64,000 nt of DNA from an uncultured Ignavibacteria bacterium (GCA_964348415.1 CAYGCR010000010.1:2385-66384); one strand, 5' to 3'; shown: positions 49,478 to 59,672, numbered from the stretch's first letter. Numbers and translations: made by a program. Notes: a model not told the origin generated them from the letters alone.

Positions 49478-50362
49478 CTAGATTTTTACCAAATGTTTTC
49501 TCACCATTTTGGTAATACTGGTAAACACCAGCGTGGTTAAGGCAATCAGGATCACCAGAGCCAAAGCCACGGATGCGGCCAGAGCCGGGTTCTGCTCCAC
49601 ATGGTAGAGCCTTTCGATCAACACGCCCAACAGTGGATAAGCCGGAGCCAATACGAAAGGAAATATAAACTCTTTCCAGTTCTCAATAGAGCGCAGAATC
49701 AGTATGGTCAAGATGGCGGGGGTTAGAAGCGGCAGGGTCAGATATTTGAACTGCTGCCAGCTTCCTGCGCCCATGGTCCTGGCTGCTTCATATTGCTCCC
49801 TTTCGATGGAGTGAAGCCCGGCAAGCAGGATTAGCATGGAGATGGGCATGTCCCTCCAGGTTTTGCCTAAGACAGCCAGGCCCAATGACAGGAATTCAGA
49901 TCCGCTCCAGTTGACCGGAAGCCCGACTATCTGGGGAAAGAAACCGTGACGCCCCAGAAGAAGATCATTTATGGGTCCAAAAGGATAGGAAAACAGCAAA
50001 TCTATGACTATGGCCGTAACCAGTGCCGGTATGGCGATGGGAATCATGAAAAGACTTCGTACCGCTCCCACACCCTTAAAGCTCCTCTGAATCAGCAGTG
50101 CAAGCAACAGGCCGACCACCAGTTGAAGGGGTGTGCCAATTCCCATAAACCAGAAAGTTCTCCACACGGCCGATTTGAATTCGCTAAGAGACAGAAGTTG
50201 AATTAACGGGATATTCCCTGAGAAAGAAAATTTCAAAAGGAAGGCCAAAATCACAACAAAAAAGCTGATAAGGTAGAGGAATGCGGGAACGAAAAAGCCG
50301 ACGGTGAAAAGATTACTCTTCAGCTTCAGAAGAAGAGAGGATAGCTTGATTGATCTTGGCAT
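49478..50362 (-). CDS. Carbohydrate ABC permease (MalF-like)
   Basis: YEAARTMGAGSWQQFKYLTLP EAA motif. Confidence 0.92.
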   Translation of the reverse strand: MPRSIKLSSLLLKLKSNLFTVGFFVPAFLYLISFFVVILAFLLKFSFSGNIPLIQLLSLSEFKSAVWRTFWFMGIGTPLQLVVGLLLALLIQRSFKGVGAVRSLFMIPIAIPALVTAIVIDLLFSYPFGPINDLLLGRHGFFPQIVGLPVNWSGSEFLSLGLAVLGKTWRDMPISMLILLAGLHSIEREQYEAARTMGAGSWQQFKYLTLPLLTPAILTILILRSIENWKEFIFPFVLAPAYPLLGVLIERLYHVEQNPALAASVALALVILIALTTLVFTSITKMVRKHLVKI

Positions 50363-51767
50363 AATTTTTTAAACTGCCAGAGATTTCATCTCTTTTGATT
50401 TCGTTTCTTTTAACGGATATATCGTACCAGGCGTCCAGGTAGTTCTTTCCGATCCGAGGCCACTGGCTTAATCCGGGCAATTCTTTGGTGCCGCGTTCAA
50501 ACTGAAGTCTGGTGGCTTCAAAGATCTGCCTCTTCCATTCCTCATCGAACGCCTGAACCAGATCATCCAGCACATCATTTCTGACCGGGAACATGCCGAA
50601 TCGGGAGCACTCTTCGATCTGGAACTGCCGAGAGGTGATGAATCTCGCCAATTTGTATGACAGTTCCGGCTCGGGAGACGTGACCGGGATTCCCCACCAC
50701 CATCCGTAGAGATTGGAGAAATGTCCTCCCTCTCTCTGAGTTTGCCCGTTTTGAGTCAAGTCTAAAGAGACTCCCTTTGGCATGATGGAGATACCCATAT
50801 CATAAGGCTCGGAGAGGTAGCCGGTCATGGTGGGATCTGATCCGCCGTGCACGAAGAAGAGATCTATCTGGTGCAGGAAGCACATGAAGACCTCTCCCGA
50901 TGAAATAGCCCTCCAGATGTCCCCTCCTGACCAGGCCTGTTCCCACATCCCCGGGTGATAGAGGTTGTTCTTGATGAAGAAGGATTCCCACTGAAAAAGA
51001 TCCTTCACTGGATCGGTGTTCATGGCAAGAATATCCTCTTTTTCTCCTCCAAGCTGGAAGACTCGGGTGATTAGTTCATTTATCGTGCCGGCATATCTTT
51101 TTCCCCGATGCGCCAGGCGCGGTATGGCGATCTCATGATAAGGGGTGTTAGCCCAAAAATAGGAGAGGACCAGAACATCGTAGTAATCCCATTGCTCAGG
51201 ATCCGCTTCCAATTGATATCCCGCAGGAAGTCCATAGTGGTTCGCCGGTTTAAGCATGGCATCGATTTTGACTCGATCTTCTTCCCATCTTTCCACGGCA
51301 TCCGTCACTTTCGACTTCAGGAAGAACAGCAGATAGGCTTCCAGCTTCCGAGGCAAGTAATAGATCTTCCCATCTACGGTACCGATCCTCACGGCCTCCG
51401 GCAGATATTCGTTTAAGTCCCTTTTCAATTGAACTGATTCTACAATTTCCTCCAGGGGAATCAGGTAGTTTCCCTTCGCCAGCGGGTACACCATCTCCAA
51501 GGCAGTCTTGACCAAGCCAATCTTCTGCTCTCCGCTTTTTCTCTCCAGATCAATCATCTGCCTCACGTCCTCTACCTGATCGAAGGTGACCACGTTGATC
51601 TTCACGTCGTTTTGTTTCTCGAACTCTTTCATCCTCTCCCGAAACCACAAATCCTGGATGTCCATCATGCGGATCAGGACGGTCATCTCCGTCTTTTCGG
51701 ACTTCTTTGCGCAGGAGGAAGAAGAAATGATGGCCGCCAGAAAAATAACGCAAAACTTCTTCAGCAT
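50313..51767 (-). CDS. Carbohydrate ABC substrate-binding lipoprotein
   Basis: Lipobox-like SSSC, DGKIYYLP and GWWWGIP motifs; first gene of the ABC set. Confidence 0.88.
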   Translation of the reverse strand: MLKKFCVIFLAAIISSSSCAKKSEKTEMTVLIRMMDIQDLWFRERMKEFEKQNDVKINVVTFDQVEDVRQMIDLERKSGEQKIGLVKTALEMVYPLAKGNYLIPLEEIVESVQLKRDLNEYLPEAVRIGTVDGKIYYLPRKLEAYLLFFLKSKVTDAVERWEEDRVKIDAMLKPANHYGLPAGYQLEADPEQWDYYDVLVLSYFWANTPYHEIAIPRLAHRGKRYAGTINELITRVFQLGGEKEDILAMNTDPVKDLFQWESFFIKNNLYHPGMWEQAWSGGDIWRAISSGEVFMCFLHQIDLFFVHGGSDPTMTGYLSEPYDMGISIMPKGVSLDLTQNGQTQREGGHFSNLYGWWWGIPVTSPEPELSYKLARFITSRQFQIEECSRFGMFPVRNDVLDDLVQAFDEEWKRQIFEATRLQFERGTKELPGLSQWPRIGKNYLDAWYDISVKRNEIKRDEISGSLKNYAKINQAILSSSEAEE

Positions 51768-51801
51768 TTTTTCTCCTATCAAGATATCAGTCCGGATGCG
51801 G

Positions 51802-52398
51802 TTAGTTTAATCTCCTGCTTCCCGGCTTAACCAGAGGCTCGCCTTTCTTGCACATGGGACATTCCTCTTGTCGGTAGTTCTGGACCTCGGTAACGGCCAG
51901 AGGTTTCAGGGGATAATTGAACCGCACCTTTCCTCCGCTTCGATCCAAAAGTATCCCGATACCTAAAATATCTCCCTCGTGTTTTCTCACCAGCTGAATT
52001 ACTTCCTTAATTGAGCCGCCGGTGGTCAAGATATCATCGACGATCAAGGTCCTCTCGCCTTTCTTGAGGTTGAACCCTCGCTTGAAGATGCGACCTTCAT
52101 CACCCGCTTCAGCAAAGATCGATCTGGTGCCCAGATTCTTGGCCACCTCGTAGGCTATAATGACGCCGCCGGTGGTCGGACCGACCACCACCTCCACCTT
52201 GTCATCTTGGAAAAGCCCGGCCAATTTGCGGCAAAGAATATCAACGTATTGCGGATACTGAAGCACCTGAAATTTTTCAAAATAGATGTCGGAATGGAGC
52301 CCGGAGCTCAAAAGGAAGTGCCCTTTTAAAAGCGCTCCCGATTTTTTGAAGATCTCGAAAATCTCGTTCTGCTTCACCTCATCCGTAGCATTCGACAT
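51802..52398 (-). CDS. pyrE: Orotate phosphoribosyltransferase
   Basis: GHFLLSSGLHS, IVDDILTTGGS and CPMC..PGSR motifs. Confidence 0.93.
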   Translation of the reverse strand: MSNATDEVKQNEIFEIFKKSGALLKGHFLLSSGLHSDIYFEKFQVLQYPQYVDILCRKLAGLFQDDKVEVVVGPTTGGVIIAYEVAKNLGTRSIFAEAGDEGRIFKRGFNLKKGERTLIVDDILTTGGSIKEVIQLVRKHEGDILGIGILLDRSGGKVRFNYPLKPLAVTEVQNYRQEECPMCKKGEPLVKPGSRRLN

Positions 52399-52690
52399 AA
52401 AAACTCCTGTGGAGTTTAAAACATTGCCGATTTCTGCAAAAACTCGATGAAGTGCTAGATGAATTCCCGCCCCCACAACAAATAATGAAATTTTGATGGT
52501 TGAGCAAGCAATTATTCGTGGAGGCGAATTATTTCGTGGCCCAATGGTTGGCGGAGAGGAATTGATTTTGCGGGTAATGCTGTATCCGAGGCTGAGACTG
52601 GTTTTTTCCTGCGGTCATCCCGTCGCTTCCGCCTTGGGCCCGGATCTGATAAGGGGGAAGCCGAAGCCCTGCCGGAGCCACGATGTGGGT

Positions 52691-53083
52691 CTATTCAAGA
52701 CTCGCTGGTTCGCTCTTGACCAAGATCGCCTGAGCAATGGCGAACTGCTTCGAGTGGGAGATGCTGAGAAGAATCCTGCTGTTCCCGATCAGCCTGGCAA
52801 TTCTTGGACCTACCCGCACCTCCGGTTTTCCTTTCGGATCATTTACCACCTCGACGTCAGTCCATCCTATTCCCCCCGAAAGGCCCGTCCCCATTGCCTT
52901 CAAGACCGCCTCCTTGGCGGCAAAGCGGGCCGCGAGGGATTGCGCAGGAAACGCTTTCCTCATGCAATAGTCTCTTTCCCGGGAAGTGAAAACACGGCAC
53001 AGAAACCGCTGGCCCCATCTGTCCAGCGCCTTCTTGATCCTGCCCACCTCCACTAAGTCTACGCCCAATCCCTCAAGCATCAT
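52691..53083 (-). CDS. acpS: Holo-ACP synthase
   Basis: GLGVDLVE, ARFAAKEAVLKAMGTG and SISH motifs. Confidence 0.95.
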   Translation of the reverse strand: MMLEGLGVDLVEVGRIKKALDRWGQRFLCRVFTSRERDYCMRKAFPAQSLAARFAAKEAVLKAMGTGLSGGIGWTDVEVVNDPKGKPEVRVGPRIARLIGNSRILLSISHSKQFAIAQAILVKSEPASLE

Positions 53084-53210
53084 CCTAAGGTATACGACTA
53101 TCCCTCCAATAGAGTTTTTCCCAAACTGTGGCCGAACGGGAACTCCAGAGAATAGTCTCCCCGACTCAAAAAAAGCTTGCTTTTTTCAGTTTGAGTTGTA
53201 ATATATAATT

Positions 53211-53389
53211 GGAAAGGGTCCATTTGAAAGACCTTTAACAATTGACTGATGAAGGTCGCCCCCTGACGTTGAGCGTACGCCGTGATCCCTGCCAAGAGCG
53301 GGGTTAGCGAAAGCGAAATACGAAAGGTGACTGTAAAAACCCTTTATTGGTGGTTAACGAGAGAGTCCTTTCAAATCGCAACCCTTTCC
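53211..53389 (+). ncRNA. Candidate independent structured RNA, about 179-nt rod (6S-sized, family not recognised)
   Basis: Ends pair (ggaaagggt/accctttcc) with further nested helices; TTGCTT-N16-TAATAT promoter just upstream; GC hairpin just downstream. Confidence 0.65.
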
Positions 53390-53391
53390 AC

Positions 53392-53419
53392 AGAACCCCC
53401 GCCTCAGGCGGGGGTTCTT
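53392..53419. terminator. GC-rich hairpin, probable terminator
   Basis: agaacccccgcc-tca-ggcgggggttct. Confidence 0.65.
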
Positions 53420-53443
53420 GCATTATACTTCTTCTGATTATAC

Positions 53444-54199
53444 CTACTTCCTGGTCAGCTTGCTGTAGAGGTCATAGAATCCAATTCCCTCTAAGGGCTT
53501 GCTGATGCGGGCGGTCAACTCTTTTATGTCTGCAACCCGATCACGCTGGGCAGAATGAGGAGCTTTATTCACGAAGAGATCTATCCATTTCACCAAGGCC
53601 AATGGGATTTTTTGATCCAGGATTTCCTTCCGAGTTTTTAGGACGGAAACCTTTCCGTCGTTGTCGACATAAAAACTGGAGATCTGAGGGAATTCTTTGA
53701 TCACGTCTTCCTTGGCTTTGCGCAGATTCTTGGTGACCCAAAAAGTGCCCTGGTCCTTCACGTAACCTTGGGCAACAAGATTTATGGCCTCAATCAACAG
53801 ATTGAGGTCGGCTTTGTCAATCATAAAATCTGACTTCATTTTGATCTCCTCTGGTCGGGGAAGCTCCTGCTCCAGTTTCCTTTCCACGGACTGAAGGGCA
53901 GATTTCAGTACAAATCCCAATAGGGAAAAATCCAGGTCGGACCTTCCGAAGATAAGGACTACGCTTTTCTCCAGATTGTATACCAGACCAACCCCGCTTT
54001 CAAACCTCAAATTCAGTCGACTGTGTGGGGGCATTCTCTCGGCTAGATTGAGAAGCTTCGTCACCACTTCCTTGATTGAGGCTGGATCGAAACTTGCCGG
54101 AAGCAGATGATAGCAGTTCAGAGATTCCTTCGCAAGCACCAGTGTTCCGGTTACTCCTGGCACGGATTTTATGTCACTTAAGATGATATCCATGTTCAT
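53444..54199 (-). CDS. Hypothetical protein with an N-terminal Roadblock/LC7-like domain
   Basis: ILSDIKSVPGVTGTLVL pattern. Confidence 0.65.
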   Translation of the reverse strand: MNMDIILSDIKSVPGVTGTLVLAKESLNCYHLLPASFDPASIKEVVTKLLNLAERMPPHSRLNLRFESGVGLVYNLEKSVVLIFGRSDLDFSLLGFVLKSALQSVERKLEQELPRPEEIKMKSDFMIDKADLNLLIEAINLVAQGYVKDQGTFWVTKNLRKAKEDVIKEFPQISSFYVDNDGKVSVLKTRKEILDQKIPLALVKWIDLFVNKAPHSAQRDRVADIKELTARISKPLEGIGFYDLYSKLTRK

Positions 54200-54205
54200 C
54201 CTTGC

Positions 54206-54844
54206 CTAAGCTATCGATTTTATCTTTTCGATCAGTTCCTTGAAGTCTACCTTAGGATCAAGTTGGATGCCCAGGAACTGATTTTGAAGAGGCATGAAAG
54301 CCGTGCAGCTTCTCGGCACCTCCAAAATTCCGCCCACGAAGTTTCCCAGCCTGGTGACCGAACTGAGAAGAGAGCAAAAGCTCTTCACCGAACAGACCAT
54401 ATCTTGGGAATTCTTCTCCTGCGGCCGCGAACTCTGGTCAGCCCTATCACTCTCTTCTTCAGAGACGAAAACCCATCCGAAAACCCCATCGCTTTTGGAG
54501 AGCTTTTCCGTGACCTCTGGCCTCAAATTTTTCTCTGAACGCGTAACCTGATTGTTTTGCAGTCCCGGTGAGAGTCGCTTTTCTCTTCTCTCCTTTATGT
54601 TTTCCAAAACCTCTTGATGCTGTCTTTTCAAAACCATCTCAATCTCCTTCCGGTCCTCCTCCGTTTGAGGCAATCTGTCCCACGCGTTTTCCACCTTGTC
54701 TAACACCTCTCCATTGATCCAGATGGTTGTGGTTATTCTCGGATTCGGTCTCTGGGCGAATTCAGTCTGCACACAGTACTTGGTATCTTCGAAGCTGGCT
54801 TCACTCGCCAGACCCCCAGGTAGCATCATCTTTTCCTTCCTCAA
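54206..54844 (-). CDS. Hypothetical protein with a C-terminal Roadblock/LC7-like domain
   Basis: N-terminal YCVQTEFAQRPNPRITTTI; C-terminal KLSKSDGVFGWVFV. Confidence 0.65.
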   Translation of the reverse strand: MRKEKMMLPGGLASEASFEDTKYCVQTEFAQRPNPRITTTIWINGEVLDKVENAWDRLPQTEEDRKEIEMVLKRQHQEVLENIKERREKRLSPGLQNNQVTRSEKNLRPEVTEKLSKSDGVFGWVFVSEEESDRADQSSRPQEKNSQDMVCSVKSFCSLLSSVTRLGNFVGGILEVPRSCTAFMPLQNQFLGIQLDPKVDFKELIEKIKSIA

Positions 54845-55893
54845 ATAAAAAAGCTATTTTTCTGCACAGCGAGGTTGTCGACCTCAGTTCCGTCCACCCC
54901 TAGACTCAGAGAAAGCCGGCAAGACGAAAGAAAACCGATATCCTCTCTCCATTGACAGATCTGGGTCATTCTCCCTATTCTGTATTATCGTTCATTTTGG
55001 GGCAGGAATTTATTTTTTCACGGAATACTTGGCAACGATTCGGAATGCGGTGACGCGGCTTTTGCGAGGATATTCGCTCTGCCGGCGTAGGCAAAGGTTT
55101 CTGACGGTGATAAGCGGACTACCTTATTCTCTGAGAGATCCTGGTTGTGGCGGCAAGTCCGGATAGCCGGGAGCGAATCAGCCGGGGTAGAGATAAGTTG
55201 TTGGGAATCAATAGAGTCTGGACTCTGGCGGATATCAGCAAACGAGGCCAAAATATAGCGGTGGCAAGACTGGTCAGAACGCTTCGGCGGCCGACGATGC
55301 GGCCTTGCCTTCGACGCTACCGTGGGCGGAGCACCAACAAAGAAAGGGGGCCCGAAGTCTCCAGCTTGGTTCTCCGGCCTATACCCAGCATCTGGATAGT
55401 AGTAACTTGCAGAATAGACGTTTTGGCCGCCTGTGGCAACCGAAGCTGGCTGATCCAGGAAAGATTTCAGCAAAGGCCCTGGCGAGCATGAATGGTCCTT
55501 GTTTACGGCGGTTGCGGCCAGGGATCGAGCCCTCGTGTTGCAGAACGAACAGCCGCTAAGAATCTGCAAGCTTATCATCTGCCTGAGCTGCTGATGTTCT
55601 TCTTGCGGGCCAAGTACCGCTGAGGAACACCGAGAGACCGAGAACGGTCGAGCCCCAAATGACCAAAGAGTCCGCGTGCAAGCTGGAGGCGACCGTGAAA
55701 TGTAGGTCTCGGGGGAATTTCAACCGCTGGTTGGAGCAGTAGGCTGTCGCTCGAATCCGGCCAGCTCCCGGTGAGATTCGTGATTGAGGCAGAAGCGCAT
55801 ATGGGCATCTGTGAACGGGTATTTTTGGTGTCCCCACAGGTGCCAATTTGTGCTTGATAAATGAGTGTTTTTGCGTATATTATTTGACAAATT

Positions 55894-56856
55894 ATGCTGA
55901 AAAGAGGCCTTCCGATTATTTGGTTTTCGATTCTGCTGTGCGTTCCGGCGTGGGGTGCGAAGTATGCCGGAGAATTCTTAAGCTTGGGGGTGGGGGCTAG
56001 GGCTCTAGGTATGGGAGGGGCTTTCGTGGGTGTGGCGGATGACGTCACCGCTTGTTTGTGGAATCCCTCCGGGCTCTCTCAGCTGGATAGAAAAGAACTC
56101 TCGGTGATGCATGCTGAGACTTTCGGTTCACTCCTGAATCAGGATTTTGTTGCGTTTGCCCTCCCCCTGGTGCAGGAGAGCAGTACGTCCGCTTTGGGCT
56201 TCAGCCTCCAGCGCCTGGGTGGCAGTGGCATAAAGATCACCGATCTGGAGAGGAAGGGACTGGAAATCAGCGACACCAACCGGGTGGTGCTTTTACGAGA
56301 AGAAAGCCACGCAGATTATGCGCTTTTCTTCTCCTACTCCCAACAGGCGCGAGCCCGAGTCTTCTGGGGCGCGAGTCTGAAGCTTATCTACCGGGACGTG
56401 GTCACCACCTCCGCTTTCGGAATAGGCGCAGACGTTGGTCTTTTGGTGAAACCCTATCCTTTCCTTTCCCTGGGCGCGAATCTGATGGATTTGACCTCCA
56501 GCCTTCTCTTCTATGGTAACGGAACCACCGAGACAATCAATCCCACCACCAAGCTGGGAGTGGCGATCAACCACCAGATTCAGGATTTCTGCCTGATTGT
56601 TGCCTCCGATGCGGATATCCGGTATGAAGGAAGAAAATCCGCTGCACAGTTTTGGCTGGGGAAGCTCTCTGCAGATTTGCATTTTGGCACGGAGGTATCC
56701 TACAAGGGGAAACTGTCTGGCAGGTTAGGATTCGACCAGGGGGATTTCACCGCGGGCGCGGGATTCTGGCTAAATCAATTCGGAGTGGACGTGGCGTTTC
56801 TTTCTCACGATGAGTTGGATAACACCTATCGGGTCTCACTGCTTTTCAGACTTTGA
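55894..56856 (+). CDS. PorV/PorQ-family outer-membrane beta-barrel
   Basis: KYAGEFLSLGVGARALGMGGAFVGVADD..WNPSGL; C-terminal TYRVSL. Confidence 0.85.
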   Translation: MLKRGLPIIWFSILLCVPAWGAKYAGEFLSLGVGARALGMGGAFVGVADDVTACLWNPSGLSQLDRKELSVMHAETFGSLLNQDFVAFALPLVQESSTSALGFSLQRLGGSGIKITDLERKGLEISDTNRVVLLREESHADYALFFSYSQQARARVFWGASLKLIYRDVVTTSAFGIGADVGLLVKPYPFLSLGANLMDLTSSLLFYGNGTTETINPTTKLGVAINHQIQDFCLIVASDADIRYEGRKSAAQFWLGKLSADLHFGTEVSYKGKLSGRLGFDQGDFTAGAGFWLNQFGVDVAFLSHDELDNTYRVSLLFRL

Positions 56857-56997
56857 GGGGCGAAGTGAGAGAAACTCCTTTCGGTGGAGTGCGGAGTAGA
56901 GTATCTGATTCATGTTGGACCATTTGACGGAAGATTCATCGGTGACGACAGGAAGACTTGTCGTCAATACTTCTGAAAATAGGAGGAGAACGCAGAG

Positions 56998-58740
56998 ATG
57001 AAAAGGTTTTCATTTTTGGCTCCTTGTTCCATTCTCCTGCTCCTTGTGGGTAGCGACCTGTGCATCAGCGCACCAACGAAGGAGGAGGTCTCACGGGAGG
57101 AGATTTTGGCCAGAGTCAACGGTGAAGTCGTCACCGCGGGAAGATTCTGCGATCACTTGAAAAAACTGAAGATAGTCTCCGAGAAGCCGGCGCAGGATGA
57201 GAAGACCAAGGAGAAGAGGCTCAACAAGCTGATCCGAGAGATCCTAATCGATCAGAAGGCCGCTCAACTGGATCTCGACACCGCCGCACTCTTTGTGAAG
57301 AAAAGAGACAAGCACATGCAGGATTTCCTTTTAACTCACATGTATCAGAAGGATATCGTGGATAAAATCCAGGTCACGGATGCGGAGGTAAAAGACCACT
57401 ATGAAGCCTACAAAGAAATAGATTTCCTAATTCCGGAGGAGGTGAAAGTAGGGGACCTTCTGATTCCGGTTTCGGTTGATTCCACCCAGAAGGATTACCG
57501 GAAAAAGCTGAAAAAGGCTGACAAGAAAGCCAAGAAGAAAATCGAGAAGTTTTACAAAGGGGTAAAGGCAGGGAAGGACCTCTCTGACCTTTGCTCAGAA
57601 TACTCGAAAGAAGGTGAGAGGTACAGGGTGTTAAATCTGGGATTCATCAAAAGAGGCCAGCACTCCCCGGAATTTGATTCCGCCGCTTTCTCACTGAAAG
57701 AGATTGGTGAAGTCTCCAAACCGCTAAGAGATCACAGAGGATACCATCTGATTAAGCTTACGGACAGAAAAGAAAAAAGCTACGTCGAGCTGGATTCTGC
57801 ACTTTTCGAAGGGGTAAGAGAGTATTTGAAAAACGAAAAGAGCCAGGAGGCGGCACGAAGATTGTCCGACTCGCTTAAGAAGCAGACGGAGCTTGTTTAT
57901 AATTGGGACATCATAAACTCCGACGAAGATTCTTTTGACGATAGCATGTGGGTTTTGACTATAGACCGGCAGGACACCATCAGGTTTGCAGAATACGATG
58001 CCGCCACGGGTGGCTACGGGTTCGAAACCGGAGTCGAAAGCCTGACCGTAGAACAAAAGAAGTTCGTTCTGACCAATTATCTGGCTTTGCCCATCATTTT
58101 GAAAAAGGAAGCAGAAAAAAGAGGCTACGCGGATTCGGTAGAGTATGCTGTGGCAAGAAGAGCTTTCACCCTGGAAGAGGCAAGGCTGAGGGTGAAGGCG
58201 CAACGCATAAAAAAAGACTTCCCTCCTCCTTCCATGGACGAAATGCGGGCGTATTACCAAGCACACAAGATAGATTTTCCGCCGCTGGGGGTGCCGGTTC
58301 ACGTGTATCATATTGTCTTCGACGAATCGCTTCAAGCGGCTGAAGTTCTGGGTCAGATAAAGCAGGGGGCAGAGTTTACGGAAATGGCAAAGAGATACTT
58401 CCCGGGTGAGCCGGAGATTAAAGACGTTGCTTACGATCTGGGCTTCATCACCGAAGGAGAAATGCCGGATGAGTTCTACCAGACTGCCTTAGGTCTGGAA
58501 GAGGGTGAGATAAGCGGGCCAGTGAAGACCAGGTGGGGTTTTCATCTGATTAAGTTGATAGAAAAAAAACAGAAAGGTAACACGTTCGCAGATATCGTTC
58601 CAGCGGTGCAGAGAGCTATCAATCTGGAGAAGGGAAGAAAGTATCTGGTCGAATGGGAAGAGAACCTTTTCAACCAAGCGGATATATGGATAAACAAAAG
58701 GCTTCTGAAGAAAATAGAGCTCCCCAAGCCGGAAGGGTGA
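56998..58740 (+). CDS. Periplasmic PpiC-type peptidyl-prolyl isomerase (two parvulin domains)
   Basis: LGFIKRG..PEFDSAAF..GYHLIKL and DLGFI..GPVKTRWGFHLIKL motifs. Confidence 0.88.
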   Translation: MKRFSFLAPCSILLLLVGSDLCISAPTKEEVSREEILARVNGEVVTAGRFCDHLKKLKIVSEKPAQDEKTKEKRLNKLIREILIDQKAAQLDLDTAALFVKKRDKHMQDFLLTHMYQKDIVDKIQVTDAEVKDHYEAYKEIDFLIPEEVKVGDLLIPVSVDSTQKDYRKKLKKADKKAKKKIEKFYKGVKAGKDLSDLCSEYSKEGERYRVLNLGFIKRGQHSPEFDSAAFSLKEIGEVSKPLRDHRGYHLIKLTDRKEKSYVELDSALFEGVREYLKNEKSQEAARRLSDSLKKQTELVYNWDIINSDEDSFDDSMWVLTIDRQDTIRFAEYDAATGGYGFETGVESLTVEQKKFVLTNYLALPIILKKEAEKRGYADSVEYAVARRAFTLEEARLRVKAQRIKKDFPPPSMDEMRAYYQAHKIDFPPLGVPVHVYHIVFDESLQAAEVLGQIKQGAEFTEMAKRYFPGEPEIKDVAYDLGFITEGEMPDEFYQTALGLEEGEISGPVKTRWGFHLIKLIEKKQKGNTFADIVPAVQRAINLEKGRKYLVEWEENLFNQADIWINKRLLKKIELPKPEG

Positions 58741-58801
58741 ACACAGATTCTTCATTCCCGTCTCAATTGCGGTAATCTTGATTGCCGGAATATTCTAAAA
58801 A

Positions 58802-59416
58802 TTGGAAATATCACTTTACAACGAGTTCAAAAGGAAGGCGATTCACCTCTTCGCCCTTTGCATACCCATTGGCTACTTTTTCCTGCCCAGGCCGCTGTCA
58901 TTGATGATCCTGGGCCCCTTCGTGGCTGGTTCGGTGGTGATGGATATAGTCCGACTGAGGAAGCTTCCCCTGCACGGCTTCCTGAACCGCCTTCTGGGGC
59001 CGATCCTCCGCGAGCACGAGGGGGTGGATTTTGCCGGCTCCAGCTACATCCTTTCCGCTTCTTTTCTCAGCATACTCCTTTTCGACAAAAGTGTGGCGGT
59101 GGCAGCTATTTCCTTTATCATCTTGGGTGATATCGCAGCTGCTCTGGTGGGGAGAAAATTCGGGAAAATCAGATTCGGTTGTAATTTGGTCAGGAGTAAT
59201 GCTTCCGGGAACAGCCGAAAATCCTTGGAGGGGAGCTTGTCCTGCCTTCTTGTGTGTCTGCTGGTGGCTGTGTTGGTGCCCCATCTTCCTCTATGGATTG
59301 GAGTCGTAGGAGCAGTGGTGGCCAGCGGAGTAGAGGGAGTAACGCTCCCTATTAATGATAATTTTTCCGTACCGCTGATAAGCGGACTCTGTATGCAGAT
59401 TTTGCTTCAAATCTAG
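58802..59416 (+). CDS. Polyprenol/phytol/dolichol kinase (CTP-dependent, SEC59/VTE5 family)
   Basis: RKAIHL, GDIAAALVGRKFG, KSLEGS and DNFSVP motifs. Confidence 0.85.
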   Translation: MEISLYNEFKRKAIHLFALCIPIGYFFLPRPLSLMILGPFVAGSVVMDIVRLRKLPLHGFLNRLLGPILREHEGVDFAGSSYILSASFLSILLFDKSVAVAAISFIILGDIAAALVGRKFGKIRFGCNLVRSNASGNSRKSLEGSLSCLLVCLLVAVLVPHLPLWIGVVGAVVASGVEGVTLPINDNFSVPLISGLCMQILLQI

Positions 59417-59672
59417 GAATTCGATTCTCTCATTCCTTCCACCTGTTGGCCTGCCAAGACAACTTGCCGGAAGAATGGCATGGCTCGATCAAGCCTCGCC
59501 TGAAACACAAACTTTCAAGCTGCAGCTGTTACCACAATTTCCCGGATCGGCTTACTGGTTGGACTCGCCCGAGGCTACACACGATTCAGAACCGGCCTCA
59601 CTTCGATCCCCGGTCATGTAACTCCATTCTCCTTTTCCTGATCCTCTCAGAAAGCTGATTTCGGTGGAAAAG

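Noticed and set aside
53246..53330. Hammerhead ribozyme (CUGAUGA...GAAA)
   Set aside because: No stem II joins CUGAUGA to any GAAA, and CUGAUGA is buried in a long helix.
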